Notes: generated by a model not told the origin, from the letters alone. Shown: positions 18,088 through 28,205, counted from the stretch's first letter. The stretch is 64,000 nt of DNA from Planctomycetota bacterium (GCA_018969045.1 JAGWZB010000001.1:250-64249); one strand, 5' to 3'. Translations and numbers: made by a program.

Positions 18088-19368
18088 TTAGGGAATCAGG
18101 AGGCTTGCCACGCAAGCAGTCATGTAGCAAGCCAGCAAGCCGCCGATCATGGCCCGAACGCCTAGGCTTACCAAATCCGCTCTGCGATCCGGGGCAAGGG
18201 GACCAAGGCCGCCAAGCTGAATGCCTATCGAGCCAACATTCGCAAAACCACACAGCGCGTATGTCAGGATCGTCTTGGTGCGATCGGAGATAGCAAGCTC
18301 GCGATTGAACTTGGGGTCCATTTCCAAGTAAGCGATAAATTCGTTGCCGACGATCCGTTTCCCTAGGACTTGGCCTGCAAAAGGCAGGTCTTGGTATTCG
18401 ATCCCCATAAGCCATGCGAAGGGTTGAGACAGCCAGCCGATGATCTGGGTGAAAGTAATCGGGTAGCCTTCTCCGGTGGCTTTGAAGGTGATCCATTGGA
18501 TGGTGGCAGCGAAGATCGAATCGAGCATGTAGATCAGGCCAAGGAAGGCGATGAGCATCGCACCGACGTTCAAAGCCAATTTCATCCCATCGCTAGCCCC
18601 TTGGGCGGCCGCATCGATCAGGTTGGTCGCTTCCATCGGAGGGGTCATTTCGACGGTTCCCAAGGTCGAGGGTAGTTCGACTTCGGGTTGCATGATTTTG
18701 GCGACGACCAAGGCCGCAGGGGCGGACATCAAACTGGCTGTCAGCAGGTGAACCGGGTCGATTCCCATCCCGACATAGGCGGCCATAACACCACCTGCGA
18801 TGGTTGCAAATCCACCGACCATCACGGCCATGAGTTCCGATCGAGTCATCGCATTGAGGTAGGGTTTGACCAACAAGGGAGCTTCGGTCTGCCCGACGAA
18901 AATATTGCCGGCAGCCGACAGGGTTTCTGCACCGCTGGTCCCGAGCGTTTTTTGCATCAGTAGCGCGATGGCACCGACGAGCTTTTGCATCAGTCCCAAA
19001 TAGTACAGCACCGACATCAGCGAAGAGAAGAAGATGATTGTCGGGAGGACTTTGAAGGCCACGAAGTGAACTTTGTAGGCTGCGGTCGTTGCTGCGGGGT
19101 CCTCTTTGGTCGGGGTCTGGACCGCACCGTTACCAAAGACAAAGCCTGCGCCTTGGTCGACGCAATCGAGCAATTTGGTAAACAGATCTCCGATGGATTG
19201 AAAGATCGATTGTCCGACATCCGAGCGTAGGACCAGCAATGCCATCAGAAATTGCATCAGCATACCGCCGACGACGATCCGCATCGAAATCCGATGCCGA
19301 TGGGAACTTAGCAACCAAGCGATCCCTAGCAGGACGCACAATCCAAAGGCGGGAATCGTTCGTTCCAC
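18088..19368 (-). CDS. nupC: Concentrative nucleoside transporter (CNT/NupC family)
   Basis: FVAFKVLPTIIFFSSL, NIFVGQTEAPL, GGFATIAGG, ALCGFAN.GSIGIQ.GG. Confidence 0.93.
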   Translation of the reverse strand: MERTIPAFGLCVLLGIAWLLSSHRHRISMRIVVGGMLMQFLMALLVLRSDVGQSIFQSIGDLFTKLLDCVDQGAGFVFGNGAVQTPTKEDPAATTAAYKVHFVAFKVLPTIIFFSSLMSVLYYLGLMQKLVGAIALLMQKTLGTSGAETLSAAGNIFVGQTEAPLLVKPYLNAMTRSELMAVMVGGFATIAGGVMAAYVGMGIDPVHLLTASLMSAPAALVVAKIMQPEVELPSTLGTVEMTPPMEATNLIDAAAQGASDGMKLALNVGAMLIAFLGLIYMLDSIFAATIQWITFKATGEGYPITFTQIIGWLSQPFAWLMGIEYQDLPFAGQVLGKRIVGNEFIAYLEMDPKFNRELAISDRTKTILTYALCGFANVGSIGIQLGGLGPLAPDRRADLVSLGVRAMIGGLLACYMTACVASLLIP

Positions 19369-19455
19369 GGCAAGTTCCTTGTAAAAATAGATCCAGCAGT
19401 TGGCTCAGTGATTCGACGATGAAACACTGAGGGGGCCTTGTGTGTGATGACCTTG

Positions 19456-20088
19456 CTAAGACGTTTTCGCTTGGCGATTGTACAGGTAGGGGTTGAGGCT
19501 CGGGTCGTTGTACATTTTCATTTGGCGGTAGGTTTTATGCCGTTTCTGGCCGGTATAGATGTCCAGAAGAAGCTCCTTGAGGGAGGCTGATAAGTCCGCA
19601 AATTGCATCCGGCAAACGGCCAAGCGATGCGAGACTTTGTCGATGTGAGCTTGATCGATATCGCGACGATCGAGTTGTTCTTCGAGGTGGTAGATGCGCA
19701 GCGACATGATCGAGAGTCGATCGATCGCAGAGCCAGGGGTTTCGGTGTTGAGTTTGGCGTGGCTCGTAGGTGCGATGTTGCTGCGCTGAAGATCCGAAGT
19801 GATCCAATCGTCGACTTTTTCGATCCAGTCGTTTCGAGCTTGGTTGTATTTATCGATGTTCCTTTTGACTTGAGCGATTTGAGCATCCGAAACATCGACC
19901 GAGCGAGCGATGTCTTCTTCGTGCCACAACAAGTAATTGAACTGGTGTTGTTGGCAGATGATCGCAAGCGGGTTGCCGACGGATTCAACAGCAAGCATCG
20001 GGTCACCGTAGGGTTGATCGATGGGTTCTTTGTGCCATCGCAAGACGCTTGCAATGTGAAACTCATTGACGATAGAGACATCGATCAT
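19456..20088 (-). CDS. DUF4254 family protein
   Basis: LWHEEDIARS, KRNIDKYNQARNDWIE, NTETPGSAIDRLSI, YRQMKMYNDPSLNPYLY; start set at ATG 20088. Confidence 0.82.
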   Translation of the reverse strand: MIDVSIVNEFHIASVLRWHKEPIDQPYGDPMLAVESVGNPLAIICQQHQFNYLLWHEEDIARSVDVSDAQIAQVKRNIDKYNQARNDWIEKVDDWITSDLQRSNIAPTSHAKLNTETPGSAIDRLSIMSLRIYHLEEQLDRRDIDQAHIDKVSHRLAVCRMQFADLSASLKELLLDIYTGQKRHKTYRQMKMYNDPSLNPYLYNRQAKTS

Positions 20089-20110
20089 GGTGGTAGTCGT
20101 TTTCGTGCAG

Positions 20111-20440
20111 TTAGGGTTTTTCATCGATCGCGCAGGTGCAGACAAACAGTCCGCATCCAGGGCATCCATTTCCGTACTTTTTCTGAAGGGCTTGAGCAAG
20201 GTCGACTTGGGCCACGTTCGCGATGGTGGCAAGCCAGGCAAGCACGTCGGCGAATTCTTCTTCGAGGTTTTCCCGATCGTTTCCTGATTGCAATGCAGAA
20301 GCCAGTTCGCCGATTTCTTCCATGAGCCACATGAAGGTGCCGGGGATTCCGCGTTGAAGATCCTTCTGGTAGTACATTTGGTGGATCAGGTCTTGGAAGT
20401 CCCGAACGCTGACACTTGGAGTTGGCCGTTGGCTGCTCAT
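20111..20440 (-). CDS. MazG-like nucleotide pyrophosphohydrolase (single domain)
   Basis: WLMEEIGEL...EEEFADVLAWL; C-terminal CPGC...CTC; start set at ATG 20440. Confidence 0.85.
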   Translation of the reverse strand: MSSQRPTPSVSVRDFQDLIHQMYYQKDLQRGIPGTFMWLMEEIGELASALQSGNDRENLEEEFADVLAWLATIANVAQVDLAQALQKKYGNGCPGCGLFVCTCAIDEKP

Positions 20441-20699
20441 GGATGGGTTTTCAGGAAAGGGTCGGGTTAGCAAGTGGCCCTTATCGTACCGAACCTGGAA
20501 CCCAAAGAAATGGCACTGGCCATTGAAAACAAGCAAGGCGATAGCCTCCGATCGATTCAGGTGAATCGGCAAAATCGTTGCGATCGGATTCTTTGCGATC
20601 GGATTCTTTCAACGCCGTGTGCACTTGGCAGGTCGCTAACATATCGCGGGTTTTGGGAGTCCAAGACACATCGTTTCGCATAGCACAGAAAGTTCGATT

Positions 20700-21383
20700 A
20701 TGATTACCGGAAAGCGAATCACCCAGGGGCTTGGCAAGGCGGCGATGGAGGGTGCCAAGGGGGAATCGACAAAAACCAGCAAACGAAAGACGTCTGTGAC
20801 CAGTAAAAAAGAAGCCAATGTGGATCATGCTCGGATCGAGCGGGCCGTCCGCGAGATCTTGATTGCCGTCGGGGAGGATCCAGATCGGGAGGGGTTGCTT
20901 GAAACACCCGCCCGAGTGGCGCGGATGTACGCGGAGATTTTCTCGGGATTGCACAAAGATCCCAGCGTGCATTTAAAGCGGGTTTTTACAGAGAATTACG
21001 ACGAGATTGTCTTGGTCCGAGACATCGAGTTCCACAGCATGTGCGAACACCACTTATTGCCATTTTCCGGAAGGGCCCATGTGGGTTATTTGCCCAACGG
21101 CAAGGTGGTAGGTTTGAGCAAATTGGCCAGGGTCGTCGACGAAGTAGCCAGGCGTCCTCAAGTCCAAGAGCGGATGACCGAGACGATCGCCAACATGGTC
21201 GAGCAGGAGCTCGGGGCTCGGGGGGTTGTTGTGCTCATAGAGTCGTCGCACTCGTGCATGAGCATGCGTGGGATTCGCAAGGCGGGGGCTTCCTGCACGA
21301 CCAGCGCCATGCGGGGGATTTTCCGCGAGAATCTATCAAGCAGGGCGGAGATTCTGGGTTTGATCCTCAACCAGAAGCGCTAG
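20700..21383 (+). CDS. folE: GTP cyclohydrolase I
   Basis: [47 protein letters not shown]; start uncertain (20700, 20745 or GTG 20820). Confidence 0.95.
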   Translation: MITGKRITQGLGKAAMEGAKGESTKTSKRKTSVTSKKEANVDHARIERAVREILIAVGEDPDREGLLETPARVARMYAEIFSGLHKDPSVHLKRVFTENYDEIVLVRDIEFHSMCEHHLLPFSGRAHVGYLPNGKVVGLSKLARVVDEVARRPQVQERMTETIANMVEQELGARGVVVLIESSHSCMSMRGIRKAGASCTTSAMRGIFRENLSSRAEILGLILNQKR

Positions 21384-21588
21384 TCAAAGCAAGCGATTGG
21401 TCGCACGGAGCAACAGCTTCCAACGGATTTTTCAAGGCGAACTCAGCCGGGTATTTGGGTGTCTGAGTCTAAACTCCTTGGAAAATTCGCCTTGCGGGCA
21501 CCCAGGCGATTTGTACACTAGTGCGACTCAGAAATCCCGGTCTTGGCCGGAAATTGTCTGGGAGCCAGGGGAAACTCAAGAGCACAAG

Positions 21589-21661
21589 GCCGGCGTAGCT
21601 CAATTGGCAGAGCAGCTGATTTGTAATCAGCAGGTTGCGGGTTCGAGTCCCATCGCCGGCT
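21589..21661 (+). tRNA. tRNA-Thr(UGU)
   Basis: Acceptor GCCGGCG/CGCCGGC; anticodon arm GCTGA-TTTGTAA-TCAGC; TTCGAGT T-loop; no encoded CCA. Confidence 0.95.
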
Positions 21662-21767
21662 CTGATTCCAGGAAAGCCGACGCTGTGGTAGTTTTCTTGC
21701 AGTTAGCCGGTTGGAGTATAGGAACTAGGTAAGATTTGCCGAAAATGGCTTGAGTCGAAAAAAACGG

Positions 21768-21849
21768 GGGAGGTTGCCCGAGCGGTTAAAGGGGACGGAC
21801 TGTAAATCCGTTGGCTATGCCTACGTAGGTTCGAATCCTACACCTCCCA
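21768..21849 (+). tRNA. tRNA-Tyr(GUA)
   Basis: Acceptor GGGAGGT/ACCTCCC; ACGGA-CTGTAAA-TCCGT; long variable arm; GTAGG-TTCGAAT-CCTAC. Confidence 0.96.
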
Positions 21850-21961
21850 TTTCTTGCCTAGTCGATTGCAGGCTGACTCAGTATCATGAGCGGCATGGTG
21901 ATTGCCAAGCAGGACGTATGGCGCGGATTTGCGGTATGCGAATCTGTGTTTTGTAGATTTT

Positions 21962-22032
21962 GCGGGTGTAGCTCAATGGTAGAGCAGCAGCCTTCCAAGC
22001 TGAATACGAGGGTTCGATTCCCTTCACCCGCT
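21962..22032 (+). tRNA. tRNA-Gly(UCC)
   Basis: Acceptor GCGGGTG/CACCCGC; anticodon loop CTTCCAA; TTCGATT T-loop. Confidence 0.95.
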
Positions 22033-22042
22033 TTCCTGTCCA

Positions 22043-22117
<75 letters not shown>

Positions 22118-22311
22118 AGCTGGACGAGGGCCAAGGCTCAGGGAGCCGGCAGAATCGATTTATGCATTGCATGTTTATCGGATTTGCTTATGCTTTTGGA
22201 CTTCGGTCAGGAGAGTCGCCCTTTAAGCAAGGGGGGCTGGGTCAGGAGACAGCGTACGAGTAGTAGTTCTGTGGATTTCAGGGTTTTTTAATTTAGGTGT
22301 TGTAGCAAAAA

Positions 22312-23508
22312 ATGGCCAAAGAGGTATTTGAACGCAAGAAACCCCACTGCAACGTTGGAACGATTGGGCACATCGACCACGGCAAGACGACCACCACCGG
22401 CGCGTTGCTGGCGGTGCAGGCAGCCAAGGGTTTGGCGACTCCGAAGACTTATGCGGATATCGCCAAGGGTGGTACGGTTCGGGATGCGACCAAGACGGTG
22501 ACAATCGCCGCTTCGCACGTGGAGTATGAGACAGTGAATCGTCACTATGCTCACATCGACTGCCCCGGCCACGCTGACTTTATCAAAAACATGATCACCG
22601 GTGCCGCTCAGATGGACGGCGCGATCTTGGTCGTAAGTGCAGCCGACGGGCCGATGCCTCAGACCAAAGAGCACGTTCTGTTGGCTCGTCAGGTGAACGT
22701 TCCTGCGATCGTCGTATTCTTGAACAAATGCGACTTGGTCGACGACGAAGAGCTTTTGGAGTTGGTGGAATTGGAAATCCGCGAATTGCTCTCCAAGTAC
22801 GGTTTTCCTGGGGAAGAGACCCCGATCGTTCGAGGCAATGCCAAGGCTGCTTATGACAAGCCTGCGGATCCTGTGGCATCCAAGTGCATTTCGGATCTTC
22901 TTGATGCTGTCGATTCGTTCATCCCGCAACCGACTCGCGAAGACGACAAGCCATTTTTGATGGCGATCGAAGACGTCTTCAGTATCGAAGGTCGTGGTAC
23001 GGTAGCCACCGGTCGTATTGAGCGCGGTGTGGTGAAGGTGGGTGAAGAAGTCGAAATCATCGGTTTGACCAAGGAAAAGCGCAAGACGACCGTCACTGGT
23101 GTTGAGCAGTTCCGCAAGGAAATGAAGGAAGGTCGCGCTGGCGATAACGTCGGTTGCTTGCTTCGCGGTGTGGCTCGGGATGACATCGAGCGTGGTCAGG
23201 TTTTGGCCAAGCCAAACAGCATCACCCCGCACACGAAGTTCGAGGCCGAAGTGTATTGCTTGAGCAAAGACGAAGGTGGTCGCCACACTCCGTTTTTCAG
23301 CGGCTATCGCCCGCAGTTCTACTTCCGCACCACGGACGTGACTGGAACGGCCGATTTGATCGGTGCAGAAATGTGCATGCCTGGCGATAACGTCCGAGTG
23401 ACCGTGACGCTTCAAAAGACCGTTGCGATTGACGAAGGCGTTCGTTTTGCGATCCGCGAAGGGGGCAAGACGGTTGGTTCAGGCGTTGTTGCCAAGATCG
23501 TCGAGTAG
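22312..23508 (+). CDS. tuf: Elongation factor Tu
   Basis: [44 protein letters not shown]. Confidence 0.99.
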   Translation: MAKEVFERKKPHCNVGTIGHIDHGKTTTTGALLAVQAAKGLATPKTYADIAKGGTVRDATKTVTIAASHVEYETVNRHYAHIDCPGHADFIKNMITGAAQMDGAILVVSAADGPMPQTKEHVLLARQVNVPAIVVFLNKCDLVDDEELLELVELEIRELLSKYGFPGEETPIVRGNAKAAYDKPADPVASKCISDLLDAVDSFIPQPTREDDKPFLMAIEDVFSIEGRGTVATGRIERGVVKVGEEVEIIGLTKEKRKTTVTGVEQFRKEMKEGRAGDNVGCLLRGVARDDIERGQVLAKPNSITPHTKFEAEVYCLSKDEGGRHTPFFSGYRPQFYFRTTDVTGTADLIGAEMCMPGDNVRVTVTLQKTVAIDEGVRFAIREGGKTVGSGVVAKIVE

Positions 23509-23579
23509 TTTTTCGCAAGCTCGTCGGTAGATAAGTTCAAGACGGTCGCGGGGCTTGGTTGACCCGCGATTTGTCGTAA

Positions 23580-23652
23580 AGGGGTGTAGCTCAATTGGCA
23601 GAGCACCGGTTTCCAAAACCGGGGGTTGCGGGTTCGATTCCTGCCGCCCCTG
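23580..23652 (+). tRNA. tRNA-Trp(CCA)
   Basis: Acceptor AGGGGTG/CGCCCCT; CCGGT-TTCCAAA-ACCGG; canonical position between tuf and secE. Confidence 0.96.
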
Positions 23653-23739
23653 CTGGCTAGAGAAGTTGGCAATCGCTGGTTTTTCTGGTGATGCTGGGAT
23701 GTAGAGTTGAATCAAGTCCAACGCAAGATTGCTTCAGGT

Positions 23740-24207
23740 ATGGCAACGATTACAGACGAATCCTTGAACCGATCCTTTGGTAGCGAGTTATTTACCAATG
23801 CTCGGTATAAGTCCAAGCAGGGGCGGCTGGTCAGGCAGTTGACCTGCTTAGCGATTTGGCTGGCCTGTTGGCTCGGTGGATGGCAGCTGTTTGAGGCCAT
23901 GGGGGCTTGGTTCTCGCCACTTGGAAACCAGCAGGTCAATCCGTTTTGGGGCACTGCCAGGTACTGGTTGCCTGTCGGTTTGACCGCTTTGGGCATGTGG
24001 CTTGGGTATCGATTGATCAATTGGCCTCGATTTGCCGATTTTTTGATCGCGGTCGAAGCCGAGATGAACAAGGTTTCATGGCCCAAGAAAAGTGAGCTTT
24101 ACAGAGCTTCGATGGTTGTTATATTCACGATGGCATTCCTTGCACTGTTGCTGTTTTGCTACGACGCGATTTGGCAACTGTTGTTCGACACGCTTGGAGT
24201 GAGTTAG
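23740..24207 (+). CDS. secE: Preprotein translocase subunit SecE (three-TM form)
   Basis: DFLIAVEAEMNKVSWPKK.EL motif followed by TM helix; position between tRNA-Trp and nusG; start ATG 23740 (TTG 23707 also possible). Confidence 0.93.
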   Translation: MATITDESLNRSFGSELFTNARYKSKQGRLVRQLTCLAIWLACWLGGWQLFEAMGAWFSPLGNQQVNPFWGTARYWLPVGLTALGMWLGYRLINWPRFADFLIAVEAEMNKVSWPKKSELYRASMVVIFTMAFLALLLFCYDAIWQLLFDTLGVS

Positions 24208-24355
24208 TTTTTTGGTAGCGTCGCTTAGATTTGGGTGTTGAGGGCAAGACGTCTTCGAGCCGGGGTTTAGGTCGACCAACAGCCAGGAGATTGATCGGCG
24301 GTTCCTTACGCGAGGGATCGGTTGATGATTCGCATGTACTGGCGCAGGATATCGA

Positions 24356-24940
24356 GTGAGCAATTCCACGAACAATACGACAACTGAGGGTCTTGCGCCA
24401 GCGCCGCAGTGGTACATCTTGAAGGTTGCATTCAACCGGGAAGACACCATACGCGAAGCGCTTGAGAAGCGGATCAAGCTGTCGAGTCTTAAAGAGTACT
24501 TCGGCGAGATTTTAGTTCCGACCGAAGACGTCGTGGTTTTTACCCGAGAGGGGAAGAAGCGCATTGTTAAGCGCAAGCTTTACCCTGGGTATTTGATGAT
24601 CCAGATGATCATTAATGATGACACTTGGTTCCTTGTGCGAGAGACACCGGGCATCGGCGATTTCACAGGAACGTATGGCAAACCCACGCCGATGACAGAT
24701 GCGGATGTCGAGCGGATTATTAAGCTTGTGCATCCGGATGTGGATCAAGAACAAGGGCCAAAAACTTCGATTCCGTTTCGTCCAGGGGATCGCGTCAGGG
24801 TCAAAGAGGGGAACTTCCAGAGCCTTGAAGGTGATGTCGATCGGATCGACGAAGCCAACGGTCGGGTTACGGTCATTATTAATATTTTCGGGCGCAGCAC
24901 ACCGGTCGAGCTAGATCACTGGCAGATCGAGTCGTTGTAA
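24356..24940 (+). CDS. nusG: Transcription termination/antitermination factor NusG
   Basis: WYILKV, KLYPGYL, ETPGIGDF; KOW domain GDRVRV..G.F; IFGRSTPVELD. Confidence 0.97.
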   Translation: MSNSTNNTTTEGLAPAPQWYILKVAFNREDTIREALEKRIKLSSLKEYFGEILVPTEDVVVFTREGKKRIVKRKLYPGYLMIQMIINDDTWFLVRETPGIGDFTGTYGKPTPMTDADVERIIKLVHPDVDQEQGPKTSIPFRPGDRVRVKEGNFQSLEGDVDRIDEANGRVTVIINIFGRSTPVELDHWQIESL

Positions 24941-25027
24941 GTCCTGGCGGGCAGGGTACGTGGTCCTTAGGGCTGTGGCTTCCTGTTCGTCTGTCGTTTG
25001 GAATTTGTCATTTAGGTTTCTTTAAAC

Positions 25028-25453
25028 ATGGCCAAGCAAGTCACAGGCAAGGCGGCGTTTCAGGTGCCGGGGGGCAAGGCGACGCCGGCACCACCAGTCG
25101 GAACGTCGTTGGGCAAGTTCGGGATCAATTTGGGTCAGTTCGTATCGCAATTCAACGAGCGGACCAAGGAGTTCAATGGCACGCCCATTCCGGTGGTTGT
25201 CACCGTGTACTCCGACCGAAGCTTTGAGTTTATCACCAAGAGTCCTCCTGCTTCGGCTCTGCTGAAGATGGCAGCGGGGATTGCAAGTGGTTCGGGAGAG
25301 CCGCACAAGACCAAGGTCGGGAAGGTGACCCGGGCGCAGGTCGATGATATTTGCAACAAGAAAATGGCGGACCTCAACGCCCGCGATTTGGAGCATGCTC
25401 GTCGCATGATCGAAGGGACAGCGAGAAGCATGGGAATCGAGATCGTAGGCTAA
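25028..25453 (+). CDS. rplK: 50S ribosomal protein L11
   Basis: GKATPAPPVG..LG..GIN, KSPPAS.LL, MIEGTARSMGI. Confidence 0.98.
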   Translation: MAKQVTGKAAFQVPGGKATPAPPVGTSLGKFGINLGQFVSQFNERTKEFNGTPIPVVVTVYSDRSFEFITKSPPASALLKMAAGIASGSGEPHKTKVGKVTRAQVDDICNKKMADLNARDLEHARRMIEGTARSMGIEIVG

Positions 25454-25471
25454 GTCCAGGGGAACTTTCAA

Positions 25472-26152
25472 ATGGTCAAACCAACAAAGGCGATGAAATC
25501 GATGCTGGCGAAGGCTCCGGGAAAGAATCCCTTGCCGTTGCCGCAAGCCGTTGATGTGCTCAAGCAATTCAGCGGACGCAAGTTCGATCAAACGGTCGAA
25601 ATTCATATTAACTTGGGGATCGATCCGGCTCAGAACGATCAGATCGTTCGGGGTTCTTTGGTTCTGCCCCATGGTATCGGTAAAACACAGCGAGTGATTG
25701 TGTTTGCCAAGGGCGACTTGGCCAAAGAGGCCGAGCAAGCCGGTGCCGACGCCGTCGGAGCCGAAGAGTTATCCAAGAGGATCAAAGACGGTTGGCTGGA
25801 TTTCGATGTCTGCATTGCATCGCCAGACATGATGGGACTGGTCGGTCCGTTGGGTAAGCTTCTTGGTCCGCGAGGGTTGATGCCATCGCCACGAGCCGGT
25901 ACGGTCACCACCGACGTTTCTCGCGTCGTTAAAGAATACAAAGCAGGTAAGGTCGAGTTTCGAAACGACAAGGGGTCCAACGTCCATGCGGTCGTTGGCA
26001 AAATGAGTTTCGATGCCGGGAAGTTGGTCGACAACATCGGAGCGTTCATCTCCTATGTCCAGTCGATCAAACCCAACTCGGTCCGAGGTACTTACATCAA
26101 GTCGATTGCAATTTGCGCAACGATGACCCCTAGCGTCCGCGTGTCGGCTTAA
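25472..26152 (+). CDS. rplA: 50S ribosomal protein L1
   Basis: [43 protein letters not shown]. Confidence 0.98.
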   Translation: MVKPTKAMKSMLAKAPGKNPLPLPQAVDVLKQFSGRKFDQTVEIHINLGIDPAQNDQIVRGSLVLPHGIGKTQRVIVFAKGDLAKEAEQAGADAVGAEELSKRIKDGWLDFDVCIASPDMMGLVGPLGKLLGPRGLMPSPRAGTVTTDVSRVVKEYKAGKVEFRNDKGSNVHAVVGKMSFDAGKLVDNIGAFISYVQSIKPNSVRGTYIKSIAICATMTPSVRVSA

Positions 26153-26167
26153 GGAACAGGTGAGCAC

Positions 26168-26701
26168 ATGAGCAAGTTTGTTAAAAGGCTGATCTCTCGT
26201 GACATCTCTGGCCGCCTCGAAGGGGTCAACGATGCCATGGTTGCCAATATTGTCGGGATGACTGGAAACGAAAATTACGCGGTGCGTAAGGCGTTGCGTG
26301 AGAAGGGCCTGAGCCTGATGGTTGTCAAGCGAACGCTTGCGGCGATGGCCACCGATGGCTCTTCGCTTCGTCCGGCCTTCGATGATCAAACCGGAAGCTT
26401 GGCAGTGATTTGGGGTGGCGAGGATTTTGTCTCGTTGGTCAAGACAGTGACCAAGCTGACTGGATCTGGGGCGTTTCCAAAGCTTGAGATCAAAGGCGGC
26501 GTCATGGACGGAGAAGCCATGGATGCCGAGCAAGTCAAGAAGGTTGCCAAGTGGCCGAATCGGCAAGAGCAGATCGCGATGCTCTTGGGTCAAATACTCT
26601 CGCCGGGAAGTACCCTTTCTGGTCAACTTGTCGGTCCAGCGCGTAAGATCGCTGGTCAAGTCAAGAAGATGGTCGAAGACCGAGAAGGCAGCGAGGGCTA
26701 A
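26168..26701 (+). CDS. rplJ: 50S ribosomal protein L10
   Basis: Position; VVKRTLA, IKGGVMDG, A.WPNR.EQIAMLLG.I.SP. Confidence 0.93.
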   Translation: MSKFVKRLISRDISGRLEGVNDAMVANIVGMTGNENYAVRKALREKGLSLMVVKRTLAAMATDGSSLRPAFDDQTGSLAVIWGGEDFVSLVKTVTKLTGSGAFPKLEIKGGVMDGEAMDAEQVKKVAKWPNRQEQIAMLLGQILSPGSTLSGQLVGPARKIAGQVKKMVEDREGSEG

Positions 26702-26710
26702 GAGAACAAT

Positions 26711-26760
26711 CCCGGTCGAAAGACCGGGGGCAGGAAGCCTTCGGCGTGCGTCGGTTTCCT
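26711..26760 (+). other. Two hairpins in the rplJ-rplL spacer (GAAA- and UUCG-containing)
   Basis: CCCGGTC-GAAA-GACCGGG at 26711-26728; AGGAAGCC...GGTTTCCT at 26732-26760 with internal C-TTCG-G. Confidence 0.6.
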
Positions 26761-26842
26761 AAACAATTCGTTTGAAACAGCCGGTTTTTCATTCTCGCCG
26801 GTGCGTTTAGTTTGTCCGTTTTTACTATAGAGGAACTTTAGA

Positions 26843-27250
26843 ATGTCCGAGTCAGCAACCGCTTACGCGGAAGATATTAAGAACTTAGGCGAGAAGATCG
26901 TCGGCCTGACGCTCAAGCAAGCCAAAGAACTCAGCGATTACCTAAAGGACGTCCACGGCATCGAGGCTGCTGCCGGTGGCGCCGTTGTGATGGCTGCTCC
27001 AGCCGAAGGTGGTGGCGCTGCTGCTGCCGTGGTTGAGAAGACCGAATTCGATGTTGTATTGACCTCCTTCGGCGACAAGAAGCTCGATGTCGTCAAGGTT
27101 GTCAAGAACTTGACCGGTGCTTCCCTGATCGATGCCAAGAAGATGGTAGAAGGCGTACCAGCCAAGATCAAGGAGCAAGTCTCCAAGGAAGACGCTGAGA
27201 AGATTAAGAAGGAACTCACCGAAGTCGGTGCGACTGTCGAACTGAAATAG
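26843..27250 (+). CDS. rplL: 50S ribosomal protein L7/L12
   Basis: [12 protein letters not shown] hinge, [32 protein letters not shown]. Confidence 0.98.
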   Translation: MSESATAYAEDIKNLGEKIVGLTLKQAKELSDYLKDVHGIEAAAGGAVVMAAPAEGGGAAAAVVEKTEFDVVLTSFGDKKLDVVKVVKNLTGASLIDAKKMVEGVPAKIKEQVSKEDAEKIKKELTEVGATVELK

Positions 27251-27326
27251 TTCGATGCGTTGAAGCCATTTGAAGGCATCTTCAAAGGCTAGTTTTACCT
27301 TGTCCTGCTAAATTGCCACGGCGATT

Positions 27327-27355
27327 CCCAAGCAGATCTGTTGGATCTGCTTGGG
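27327..27355 (+). terminator. 12-bp perfect hairpin after rplL (possible terminator without U-tract)
   Basis: CCCAAGCAGATC-TGTTG-GATCTGCTTGGG. Confidence 0.5.
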
Positions 27356-27466
27356 TCGTAAGTGCTATGTTTGGCAGGACCCTAATCCCCAAGATCCCCT
27401 GGCCAGCAGACCGATGCGACGTAGCACCGAGCGCTGACTGAGCCCACACAACATCAGGATACTCGC

Positions 27467-28078
27467 ATGTCGCGATATACAGGACCCAAGGCGCGCGTCA
27501 ACCGTCGCTTCGGCGCACTGCTTTATGAAAGTGCAGGTTGCGTCCGAGCTTTCGAAAAGCGGAAAGACAATCCGCCAGGGATGCATCCACGCAGCCGTCG
27601 TACCGGTAACTACGGAACCGCGTTGGCTGAAAAGCAAAAGATCAAATACTACTACGGTCTCGGCGAGCGACAACTACGCCGGTACTTCGATGATGCGGTT
27701 CGCAAAAAAGGTAACACCGGCGAAACGCTCTTGCTCATGTGCGAACGACGACTGGACAACGTCGTACGCAGGCTCGGGCTGGCCAAAACCCGCCCACAAG
27801 CTCGCCAGGGGATCGTTCACGGACACTTCAAAGTCAACGGGGTCAAAGTAACGAGTCCTTCGTTCTCCCTAAGACCCGGTGATGTGATCGAGGTCCGAAG
27901 CAGCGATGCGGTTCGTAACTTGTACCGAGGGATCATCGCCAACAATCCCCCCGCACCATTGGACTGGGTGACTCTCGATACCGAAGGACTCCGAGCGACC
28001 ATGCTAGGTTCTCCCGGCCCCTCGGACATCTCCTTGCCAGTCAATGCCAACATCGTGGTTGAATTCCTGTCGCGTTAA
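27467..28078 (+). CDS. rpsD: 30S ribosomal protein S4 (Zn-ribbon-less type)
   Basis: MSRYTGPK...[35 protein letters not shown]...HGH; no CxxC pairs. Confidence 0.97.
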   Translation: MSRYTGPKARVNRRFGALLYESAGCVRAFEKRKDNPPGMHPRSRRTGNYGTALAEKQKIKYYYGLGERQLRRYFDDAVRKKGNTGETLLLMCERRLDNVVRRLGLAKTRPQARQGIVHGHFKVNGVKVTSPSFSLRPGDVIEVRSSDAVRNLYRGIIANNPPAPLDWVTLDTEGLRATMLGSPGPSDISLPVNANIVVEFLSR

Positions 28079-28101
28079 CATCCGACCGGTTTTCTTCCGA
28101 C

Positions 28102-28107
28102 TATAAT
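28102..28107 (+). promoter_or_regulatory. Candidate sigma70 -10 box for lpdA
   Basis: Perfect TATAAT about 100 nt upstream of lpdA ATG; no clear -35. Confidence 0.35.
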
Positions 28108-28122
28108 TCACCAAGTGAATCT

Positions 28123-28157
28123 ACGAGGCTCGTTCGATTCGTCGAAACGAGCCTCGT
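28123..28157 (+). other. Long hairpin between rpsD and lpdA (terminator or 5'-UTR stem)
   Basis: ACGAGGCTCGTT / AACGAGCCTCGT 12-bp stem extended by CGA/TCG with a TTCG loop. Confidence 0.55.
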
Positions 28158-28205
28158 TCGTTAAATCCCCCCTCCATTTCGCAAACCCTTTTTGCCTGAT
28201 CTCAA

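Noticed and set aside
20441-20819. Riboswitch (ZTP, THF, preQ1) upstream of folE, or similar upstream of folC, lysA or mqnD
   Set aside because: No consensus aptamer motifs recognised by eye; an Infernal/Rfam scan would be needed to exclude them fully
23546-23569. Terminator after tuf
   Set aside because: Only a 7-bp stem (TCGCGGG/CCCGCGA) with a 10-nt loop just before tRNA-Trp; more likely a processing stem, and support is weak
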